From: Candidatus Zhuqueibacterota bacterium
GTDB lineage: Bacteria > Zhuqueibacterota > Zhuqueibacteria > Thermofontimicrobiales > Thermofontimicrobiaceae
Assembly: GCA_049322915.1 (NCBI GenBank)
Contig: JBMOPW010000041.1
Location: 1-42,667 of the forward strand
Direction of reading: 5' to 3'
DNA length: 42,667 nt
The stretch's first letter is position 1. Every line of letters begins with the position of its first letter. The position numbers were made by a program, and so were the translations under genes. Of the stretch, positions 18,511 through 26,117 are shown piece after piece. The notes under the pieces are model-generated. The model was not told the DNA's origin and searched no databases. It saw only the letters and a list, made by a program, of their open reading frames with translations.

Positions 18511-19707
18511 TTAAAATAAGTCCTCGATTGACGTTTTGAGAAAATCCTGGATGTGTATGCCATCGCCGCCAACTAATAATTTTCTATTGACAGAAAATTG
18601 ATCGGAAAATTCAGCGATTCCCGGAAGGCTGGTTTTTTTCCGGGTGCTTTTTACTTCAATGGCTGTAATTTTATTCTTGTATTGAAGAATAAAGTCAACT
18701 TCCCTGTTACGACCTGACCAATAATAGATATCGATTCTTTTATTCAAACTTTCATTTAGCAAATATCCACCGATGGTTGTTTCAATCAGTCTGCCCCAAT
18801 ATTCTGTATCTTTTTGAGCTTCAGAAAATGTCAGATTTGATAATGCAGTCATCAACGCGTTGTTCATCATAATAAGTTTAGGGCTGGATGAACGCCGCCG
18901 AAATTGTTGTCCTGCATATTTCTGAAGGCCGGTTACTAATCCTGCGCCGGATAAAAGATCCAGATAGTGTGCAAGTGTCGTTGTATTTCCTGCATCCTGA
19001 AGTTGCCCGAGCATTTTTTGGTAGGCCAGAATCTGCCCTGAATAGTGACACGAAAGTTCGAACAGTCTGCGTAGCAAGGCAGGTTTATCAACTCTGTTCA
19101 CCAATAAAATATCACGGGATACGGTTGTTTCAATTAATGAATCGATGATGTACCGCGCCCATCGGTCATGATCGTTTATCAATTTGGCTGCCCCGGGGTA
19201 GCCGCCATAAAATATAAAAGTTTCAATATCCCAGCCAAACGCCTCTCGCATTTCACTAAAATTCCAGTGCGGTACAGGAATAATTTCGAATCGTCCGGCC
19301 AGACTTTCGGATAAACCATGTTTCATGAGTAATGGCGACGAACCAAGCAATATAACCTGAATATTTATTTGGTTCGCGGTATCAGCATCCCACAACCGTT
19401 TTACAGTTTCGGACCATTGGGGAATTTTTTGTATTTCATCTAAGATGAGAATCGTTTTCTTTTTTGCATTGTTATTGTATTGAAAACGGCACGTTTCCCA
19501 TTGCTGCTCAATCCAGCCGCGGTCTTTCAGGGATGGTTCGTCAGCGCTGATATAATGGATCGGGCATGGATTTGCTTCTAAAAGTTGCCTCGCGAGCGTT
19601 GTTTTACCAGTCTGCCTCGGCCCGGCTAAAACCTGGATGAACCTATGTTCATCTGAAATTCGATTGAGAAGGGTTTGAAATATTTTTCGTTTAAACATAT
19701 CAATCAT
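18511..19707 (-). CDS. AAA+ ATPase (AAA_14) with DUF4143 / PD-(D/E)XK-like C-terminal domain
   Basis: Walker A GPRQTGKTT, Walker B LILDEIQ, 'LLGSS', 'ESLAGR', 'YGGYP', C-terminal 'YYW...REVDFIL...AIEVKS'. Confidence 0.92.
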   Translation of the reverse strand: MIDMFKRKIFQTLLNRISDEHRFIQVLAGPRQTGKTTLARQLLEANPCPIHYISADEPSLKDRGWIEQQWETCRFQYNNNAKKKTILILDEIQKIPQWSETVKRLWDADTANQINIQVILLGSSPLLMKHGLSESLAGRFEIIPVPHWNFSEMREAFGWDIETFIFYGGYPGAAKLINDHDRWARYIIDSLIETTVSRDILLVNRVDKPALLRRLFELSCHYSGQILAYQKMLGQLQDAGNTTTLAHYLDLLSGAGLVTGLQKYAGQQFRRRSSSPKLIMMNNALMTALSNLTFSEAQKDTEYWGRLIETTIGGYLLNESLNKRIDIYYWSGRNREVDFILQYKNKITAIEVKSTRKKTSLPGIAEFSDQFSVNRKLLVGGDGIHIQDFLKTSIEDLF

Positions 19708-19718
19708 CCTTTTTACAA

Positions 19719-19762
19719 TTTACTCAATACACTGAGTAAATTTACTCAAGATATTGAGTAAA
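19719..19762. promoter_or_regulatory. Two abutting 22-bp palindromes (candidate operator) over the ATPase promoter
   Basis: TTTACTCA-atacac-TGAGTAAA (19719-19740) and TTTACTCA-agatat-TGAGTAAA (19741-19762); minus-strand TTGCAT-18 nt-TAAATT promoter-like element overlaps them. Confidence 0.8.
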
Positions 19763-19853
19763 ATGCAAGCACTTTTTTTTCTAAAATGGTTGTTTGTGGA
19801 TTCTGTCAATGGCTGGTTCAATAAGCAGTTTGGAAAATGTAGCAGAATTTCCT

Positions 19854-22067
19854 TCAATCCAAATCCAAACGCCCCTGAAGTCCGACCACAAAAGTCCGTT
19901 CCGGCATTAAATTACTTTCCATGGGAGCATAATTATAGTTTAACAGATTTTGCACGGCGAACTGGAAGGTGAACGCACGGAATTCCTGGGAGAGCCGCAC
20001 GTCCACAAATTTCATGGGCGCGCGGTCGTTGATGGGGTAAATTTTGACGGCGTCGATTTTGGAGGCGTAGCGGTAGTCGACCTGCAACTGCGCGCCCTTA
20101 AATTGCAGGGATGCTTTTATCGTCGCCAGCGTGTTGGGCCGATACGTGAGCGGCTCGTTCCATTTTAAGTCTTTGTGATTCATGGTCGTCAGACTGGACT
20201 GGCAACCGAACGTCAAATGTCGCAGGAGAAACGCCAGCGGAAGGGTGAGGTTGGTGGACGCTTCCATTCCCCGAATGCGGGCGCGTTCGATGTTGCGGAA
20301 TTGAATCTGGCCGCGGATCAAATCCAGATGAGCTTCGATGAGGTCGGTGTATTCGTTTTCAAAGACAGCGACGTCCAGATTCCAGTTGTCGGTGAGGTGT
20401 TGGCGCACGCCGATCTCGTACGCCCGGGCGCTCTCTGCCCGAAGTTCAGGATTGGCTTTGATGGTGAAATTCATGATGCGCAATTCCAGGAACCGCTCCA
20501 CGATGGTGGCGGCGCGGAATCCACTGCCGGCAGAGGCGCGCAGATGCGTCCCGGCCCACGGTTGCCAGTTGATTCCTGCACGCGGACTGAACAGGTCTTC
20601 CGAGACGCTGCCAAAAAGTTGGTAGCGGTCGTATCGAAAGCCAAACGTCAATCTCAGATTTTCCAGCATGATCCATTCGTCCTGAAAGTAGGGACCGAGG
20701 AAGTAGCCGCGATGGTCGCCGAAATATTTGGTGCTGCCGGCATCCTGCTGATACTGCACGCCGCAGGTGATGGTGTGATTTTTCAGGGGAATCCAGTCCG
20801 CCTGAAATTCCGCACCCTGTCCAAAGGCCGGATTGAAATCGCTGCCAGCGCCGAATTGATTGCCCATCAGCGTCCGAACCAGCGAGGCGCGAACATGCAG
20901 CACCAGCGCCGGTGACAGGGGAATCATCAGTTTTGTGTACAGATTGAGTTGATTGGTCGTCGCGTAGTTGCTCAAATTGGCTTCGTCCACCTGATAGGGA
21001 TCATTCTGACCTTTCCACTGCACGAAGAATCCGCGATGCATTCGGCTGTAGGCGGCGTAGCTCATCCACATGCCGCCGTGGCCAAAGCGGTAATTGAATT
21101 TGCCGGTGATATTGTATTTTTCAAAATCGCCCAGTTCCGTGTACCCGGTGGAGACGAAGCGCCCGGCAGAGATTCGCATTCCCAGCGACCGTATCTGCTT
21201 GCTGAAGCTCACATCGGTGCGGAGATAGAACAGCCGGTTGTGATTGGTCCAGTTCCACGCGTCGTAATGCGGCCAGTCATATTTGCCGGCATTGCAGGCG
21301 AATTGAATTTTTCCTTCCGGCCCCGGTGATTTTGTAATGACATTGATCACGCCGCCCAACGCCGAAGCGCCCCACAGCGTGGATCCGGCGCCCTTGAGAA
21401 TTTCGATCTGCTCGATGTCCATGGGCGGCAGCATGTCCCAATTGAATTCGCCGGTATCGCTGGCATACACCGGCACGCCGTCCAGCAGCAGCAAGACTTT
21501 ATTTCCGGCGCCGAAAGTGTATCCGGTCGAGCCGCGGATATTCACTTGGTTGCCGACGAAAAATACGCCAGGCGCAGTCTCCAGCGATTCGATGAGGTCG
21601 GTCGGATTCCTGTTTTCGATCTCTCTCGTCGTAATCACCGACAACGACACCGGCGATTGATCCAGCGGCAGGCTGGTTTTGCTGGCAGAAATCACAATGG
21701 GATCGAACGGAATGGGAGTTTCTTCCAGTTTCAATTCGACCCAGACAGAATCATTGTCGGAAAGGACGATGTCCGGCCGGATGATGGTGCGATAGCCCAT
21801 CATGGAGACGCGGATCGATATTCGTCCGGGTTGAATGCGGTCGATTATGAACAGGCCATTGCCGGCGGCGCTCGCTCCGTTCAGGGTCCCAAGAATTTGT
21901 ACATTGGCCCCGGGCAGCGGCTGGCCGGTCGCGACATCCGTCACGCGTCCGGCAATTTTACCCGACGCAGCGGCCATATCCGTCACCGATGACAGATGGG
22001 GCGCGCTCAGGCACAGGAGGGTAATCACAAGTCTATGGATCTGTTTCATTCGGATTATCTCAATCAA
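19854..22067 (-). CDS. TonB-dependent receptor with N-terminal carboxypeptidase-regulatory-like domain
   Basis: 'GKIAGRVTD..TGQPLPGANV'; TonB box-like 'PIVISASK'; plug 'VNIRG..VLLLLDGVP..IEQIEILKGAGSTLWGASALGGVINVITK'; C-terminal 'VQNLLNYNY...PERTFVVGL'. Start may be 22049. Confidence 0.93.
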   Translation of the reverse strand: MIEIIRMKQIHRLVITLLCLSAPHLSSVTDMAAASGKIAGRVTDVATGQPLPGANVQILGTLNGASAAGNGLFIIDRIQPGRISIRVSMMGYRTIIRPDIVLSDNDSVWVELKLEETPIPFDPIVISASKTSLPLDQSPVSLSVITTREIENRNPTDLIESLETAPGVFFVGNQVNIRGSTGYTFGAGNKVLLLLDGVPVYASDTGEFNWDMLPPMDIEQIEILKGAGSTLWGASALGGVINVITKSPGPEGKIQFACNAGKYDWPHYDAWNWTNHNRLFYLRTDVSFSKQIRSLGMRISAGRFVSTGYTELGDFEKYNITGKFNYRFGHGGMWMSYAAYSRMHRGFFVQWKGQNDPYQVDEANLSNYATTNQLNLYTKLMIPLSPALVLHVRASLVRTLMGNQFGAGSDFNPAFGQGAEFQADWIPLKNHTITCGVQYQQDAGSTKYFGDHRGYFLGPYFQDEWIMLENLRLTFGFRYDRYQLFGSVSEDLFSPRAGINWQPWAGTHLRASAGSGFRAATIVERFLELRIMNFTIKANPELRAESARAYEIGVRQHLTDNWNLDVAVFENEYTDLIEAHLDLIRGQIQFRNIERARIRGMEASTNLTLPLAFLLRHLTFGCQSSLTTMNHKDLKWNEPLTYRPNTLATIKASLQFKGAQLQVDYRYASKIDAVKIYPINDRAPMKFVDVRLSQEFRAFTFQFAVQNLLNYNYAPMESNLMPERTFVVGLQGRLDLD

Positions 22068-22071
22068 AGTA

Positions 22072-22902
22072 TCAGGGATGAATCAGCGACCAGTCAGCGT
22101 AAATATCGATATCGGAGATGACGGAGTCGGCTTTGATGCTCAATTTTCCGGGCTGCGCCGGATTGTTCGGATCGCGATACAGACCAATCGTCTGAAAGTC
22201 CGACAGCGCCGCCCGTTCCGGCAGCCAGAACACCGCCAAATAATTCACGCTGCCGTGACGAATGGGCAGCCGAAAGTGATAGGGATTGGTGTCGATGCTG
22301 AAATCCATGGACTTCAACCACAGCAAGTAATGAATATTTTCCTCGGGCATAAATTGATAGGCGGCAATGGCTGTGGCCAGCGTGTTTTCCGGAAAGGGCC
22401 CGTTGAAATAAATTGTCCCTTCGATGGCGGCGTCGCGATTCACCTTGTTCCAGTTGGCGTAAAGGTCTATTTCAAAAACCGGGTTATCCTGGGTGATGTC
22501 GAACGACATGGGCAGCAAGCTGTTATCAATGTCCAAAGGGATGGAAAGGACATCAGCGAGATTGGATTTTGTTTCTGTGCTGTACCACCAAAGGCTGATG
22601 GCCTCGTAATGTCCGTAAGGCAACTCCATTTCCGCGTGAACCGTGTCCAGGTCGATGGGCAGGCTGTTGGGACTGTGATACAATTCATTGATGGCGTGCG
22701 GCGGAAAAACCGGCGCGACCGTCAAATAAATGCCCTGCGTGTCCTCCGGCGGCGTACCGCGAAAATACACCGTTGCCTCGACTTTCCCGGGCAGCGGCGC
22801 GATGCCGTGATCCACGTTGCAGGTTGTCAGGCTGAGGGAAATAATAATCAAAATAATTATTGTGACAGCAGGAAATTTCATGGTATGGTTTTGCATCCAC
22901 AA
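22072..22902 (-). CDS. Predicted lipoprotein of unknown function with two internally homologous domains
   Basis: Hydrophobic stretch then LTTC; halves align: 'GKVEATVYFRGTPPEDT..LPYGHYEAISLWW..DLYANW' vs 'AAIEGTIYFNGPFPENT..IRHGSVNYLAVFW..DIYADW'. Confidence 0.75.
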   Translation of the reverse strand: MWMQNHTMKFPAVTIIILIIISLSLTTCNVDHGIAPLPGKVEATVYFRGTPPEDTQGIYLTVAPVFPPHAINELYHSPNSLPIDLDTVHAEMELPYGHYEAISLWWYSTETKSNLADVLSIPLDIDNSLLPMSFDITQDNPVFEIDLYANWNKVNRDAAIEGTIYFNGPFPENTLATAIAAYQFMPEENIHYLLWLKSMDFSIDTNPYHFRLPIRHGSVNYLAVFWLPERAALSDFQTIGLYRDPNNPAQPGKLSIKADSVISDIDIYADWSLIHP

Positions 22903-22908
22903 AGGTTA

Positions 22909-24681
22909 TCACTGTACGAATATCAATTTCTTGTAACTTGAAAATATACCTGAATTCAACTGGTAAAAATAAATCCCGGATGCAGCCTGTCGAAATTGGC
23001 TATCTGTTCCGTACCAGACAATTTCATGCTTTCCTGCGGAGAGAAATTCATCTGTTAAAATTTTTATAACCTTTCCGGTGATGTCGACAATCCTGAGTTT
23101 CACATGCCCGGATTCCGGCAGATGGAAAGCAATTTTTGTGGCGCTGTTGAACGGGTTGGGATAATTCTGAAACAGCTCAAAATTCTTCGGCACGGTTTCA
23201 GCATTCGGCTGCTCAACCGACGTGGAAAAAGTGGACGCACGCGAAGAGACAATCACCGGATTTTCAACGTTTTGCGCCAGTTGCTCCCCATCGGCTTTGC
23301 TTAAATTCCCCGGTAAAAAATAGGCGGTGAAACCCAGCTCCAGGCTGACGCTGTCCTGGTCCAGGTTTTTGAACAGAATCCCCTGGTCGCCAAAAGACAC
23401 ACTGTCCCCGGTATCTCCGCCCTGGACGAACGATTCGTCTCCCTGGCCACCCCCGCGGTTGTCGTAAAAATAGAGGTCCGTGCTCAGCCAGCTCTGGTCT
23501 TCAAACGTCACGTGCGCGAACATGGAGCCCTGGTTGCCGCTGGTCAGCGTCCATTCTTTGATGGGCGTGTCAATGGTTTTGACCGGCGAGTCCGGCATGC
23601 CATCGATCAGAATGCCGTCGTTGCAGGCATTGTAGAATTTCATGCCGGAAGCGGCTTCGTTGAAATCCCATGACTGCCGGAGGAGATCCAGTTCGACAAA
23701 AATATCCTCATCGGTGTGGAATTCCTTTTTCAAATCCTCGGGATTCAGTTTGGCGCCGCCAGCGATGGCGCCGCTGAATGGGTAAAATTTTGTACGCACA
23801 TAAAATGCGATTTCATCCAGCACAAACTCGCCGAAACGAATGGTCTGCCGCACTTCGCGGACGAGGCGCACCACGGGTTTGGGCGTCACCCAGAGATGGT
23901 AATTATCCGGATCGAATTCATTGTACAGATAAATATTGTCACGTTCGTTGGCTGCCGGATTGTTCCCTTTGCCGATGGGAATGGTGATATAGCCAAAATC
24001 GAGGACGCCGATGAAGCGGAGTTTCTGCGTGTCAAAAATGTCCCGGCCATTCCCCAGGGGCGGGTGAATGGCGATGTCTTCGATCAGGCCGGTGGTGTTG
24101 CTCAGGCGAACCGAGTAATTCCTGTTGCTGACGCACCCGCTTTCCGCATCAAAGGCGAATGAGTAGGGAGTGGGAATTTCCTCGCCAATGGAGGCGGAGC
24201 GATAGAGATAGCCATAGCGACAATCGCCGGGATCGCTCGGGGACATGACTTTTAACTCCAGTCTCGGGTGGGATTTGGATTCCTGGTCCGGAATCCACGC
24301 CGAGTCCGGCGCTGCATCGCCCAGATCCCGGATCAGGAACACCAGTTCATCTCTGGAATCCAACAGGCCATCATCCGGCACGGAATAAAAATCCTGCATG
24401 GCGCTCGTCACCCCGGGCTTGAAGGGGTCTTCCGCAAAAATCATCTCATCGATCTGAAACGGGATCATGGCCCAGGCATGGGAATTTTCGTTGTAAGCGT
24501 AAAGATAAAGCTGATCGATGGAGGCGTCGTAGAATGATTTCAGCGCATCGCCGCGAATGACCACGGGCTCATAGATTCGATCGCTGGCAAGATCGGCGCC
24601 GGTCAGTTTTGCGGCCAGAAAAAATGCAGTGAGGCACGCTGAAAAAAGGATGGTTCGCAGCATTGATACATCAGTTTTCAC
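22909..24681 (-). CDS. Secreted protein of unknown function with C-terminal T9SS-A/FlgD-like sorting domain
   Basis: GTG start with AAGGAG RBS; signal peptide; C-terminus 'FELFQNYPNPFN..WYGTD..SGIYFYQL..KKLIFVQ'; acidic Asp-rich body. Confidence 0.82.
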   Translation of the reverse strand: MKTDVSMLRTILFSACLTAFFLAAKLTGADLASDRIYEPVVIRGDALKSFYDASIDQLYLYAYNENSHAWAMIPFQIDEMIFAEDPFKPGVTSAMQDFYSVPDDGLLDSRDELVFLIRDLGDAAPDSAWIPDQESKSHPRLELKVMSPSDPGDCRYGYLYRSASIGEEIPTPYSFAFDAESGCVSNRNYSVRLSNTTGLIEDIAIHPPLGNGRDIFDTQKLRFIGVLDFGYITIPIGKGNNPAANERDNIYLYNEFDPDNYHLWVTPKPVVRLVREVRQTIRFGEFVLDEIAFYVRTKFYPFSGAIAGGAKLNPEDLKKEFHTDEDIFVELDLLRQSWDFNEAASGMKFYNACNDGILIDGMPDSPVKTIDTPIKEWTLTSGNQGSMFAHVTFEDQSWLSTDLYFYDNRGGGQGDESFVQGGDTGDSVSFGDQGILFKNLDQDSVSLELGFTAYFLPGNLSKADGEQLAQNVENPVIVSSRASTFSTSVEQPNAETVPKNFELFQNYPNPFNSATKIAFHLPESGHVKLRIVDITGKVIKILTDEFLSAGKHEIVWYGTDSQFRQAASGIYFYQLNSGIFSSYKKLIFVQ

Positions 24682-24814
24682 GGGTCACTCCTTAAAATTG
24701 CATGATAAAAATAGCGTTGCGGCGGGATTCAATTCGCTCTTCACTCCTCCTGAAGACTCTGAACTGAGTAGGTTATGTCGAATCCAATTATGGAGTTGAG
24801 TAACAAACAACATC

Positions 24815-24830
24815 AGCAATTACCTTGCCA
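24815..24830 (-). promoter_or_regulatory. sigma54 (-24/-12) promoter
   Basis: Minus strand TGGCAAGGTAATTGCT = exact GG-N10-GC consensus spacing, 134 nt upstream of start 24681. Confidence 0.75.
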
Positions 24831-24930
24831 AACTCTCCAGCACACATGGAAAACAGACGAATGAGTATAAATTAAAAGTTTGAATTTCGCCCCATGGGAC
24901 AAAATAAAAGAAGAATGTCCGGCAAGTTTG

Positions 24931-24948
24931 CGCGACAATGAGGTCGCG
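24931..24948. promoter_or_regulatory. Candidate upstream activator sequence for a sigma54 activator
   Basis: CGCGAC-aatgag-GTCGCG about 100 bp upstream of the -24 element; same CGAC-N6-GTCG core as 38417-38432. Confidence 0.5.
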
Positions 24949-24955
24949 TATCTGG

Positions 24956-25858
24956 CTATGAGAGCAGCGCCAGCAGCAGAGGCGTGTAGAGCAAGCCCAG
25001 GAGGATGGAGATGGAAACGAGACTGGCGGCGAATTCGGTATCCAGGTCTTCCATGGAAGCGTAGATCAGTGTATTGTAACCGACCGGAGAGGCGGCGTTG
25101 ATCAATACGACCATACGGCTCACCTGCTCCAGATGAAATATCGAAACCAGAATGAATCCAAGGAGCAGCCCGACGCCCATTCGAATGAATATCACGCTGG
25201 TCATCGCTTTGAAATTGACCACATTCCATTTGAAATAAATGCCCAGCGACAGCATGATCAACGGCGTCGTCAGGTTGCCCAATGTGCCTAATAAATTTGA
25301 AGCGATAGCCGGCAATTGCACATGCAGCACGTTCAGCAGAATGGCAATTGCCAGCGCCCAGAGCGGCGGCAGAAGGAAAAATTTATGGACTGGTATGCGT
25401 CTGCCACTGCTGCGGCTGCTGTATTTCAGGGCGAGATAATAGATGAAGGTGAACACGAGAAAGCCATTGCCCAGATCAAACATGGATGCCCGGGCCAGCC
25501 CTTCTTTCCCGTAGACTGCAATGAAAAAAGGAAGCGTGAAGCCGGTGTTGACAATGGTGGACCCAACGAGGAAAACGGCCAGGGATTTTCGTTCCAGTTG
25601 AAAATGGCGACTGACCAGCAGTGCGACAGCATAGGTTCCGAAAATGATGGCTATGGCGCAGATCGGAAGGAAGATGAATTCAAGCGAAAGCGCGATGTTC
25701 ATGACCGAAGGAAGAATCAATGCCGGCAGGGAAACATGGAACACCAATGACAGGAATCTGTCGCCGTCTTCCTTGTTGAACAGCCGAACCTGTTTGAGGA
25801 GCATTCCCAGGAAAAAAATTAAAAGAATCGGAATAATTTTTACTAACAAATCTTTCAT
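24956..25858 (-). CDS. AEC (auxin efflux carrier / malate permease) family transporter
   Basis: About 10 TM; 'VFHVSLPALI', 'NTGFTLPF...YGKEG', 'TPLIMLSLG', 'AASPVGYN', 'FAASLVSIS'. Confidence 0.88.
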   Translation of the reverse strand: MKDLLVKIIPILLIFFLGMLLKQVRLFNKEDGDRFLSLVFHVSLPALILPSVMNIALSLEFIFLPICAIAIIFGTYAVALLVSRHFQLERKSLAVFLVGSTIVNTGFTLPFFIAVYGKEGLARASMFDLGNGFLVFTFIYYLALKYSSRSSGRRIPVHKFFLLPPLWALAIAILLNVLHVQLPAIASNLLGTLGNLTTPLIMLSLGIYFKWNVVNFKAMTSVIFIRMGVGLLLGFILVSIFHLEQVSRMVVLINAASPVGYNTLIYASMEDLDTEFAASLVSISILLGLLYTPLLLALLS

Positions 25859-26020
25859 GTTAATACAATCGGATCAAGAGAGTAATATCTTCAACAGAAG
25901 AGTATGAGAAAAGCATGATTTGCCAGGCCTGGCAGGTGATCAAGTCCAATAGCAATCCCTTTTTATCTGGTGGTCGATCTCGTGTTGCTGAAAATCAGGC
26001 AAGAGATTGCTTCAAAAACT

Positions 26021-26084
26021 GACTCCATCGCTTTTTCGACCAATTTCAACAAATGAAAGTTATACTTCTGAAAGCGATGGAATC
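26021..26084. repeat. Inverted repeat (13/14 bp arms, 36-nt spacer)
   Basis: gactccatcgcttt ... aaagcgatggaatc just downstream of the 26118 stop; terminator or mini-element remnant. Confidence 0.5.
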
Positions 26085-26117
26085 GATCCCATTCGTGTTA
26101 GAATACAATCAGTGATG

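Noticed and set aside
21835..22941. 368-aa + strand ORF
   Set aside because: Antisense to the TonB receptor and lipoprotein; no family features.
24682..24955. Cobalamin riboswitch or Fur box ahead of the TonB-receptor operon
   Set aside because: No B12-box core or convincing GATAATGATAATCATTATC match seen; a sigma54 promoter explains the region.
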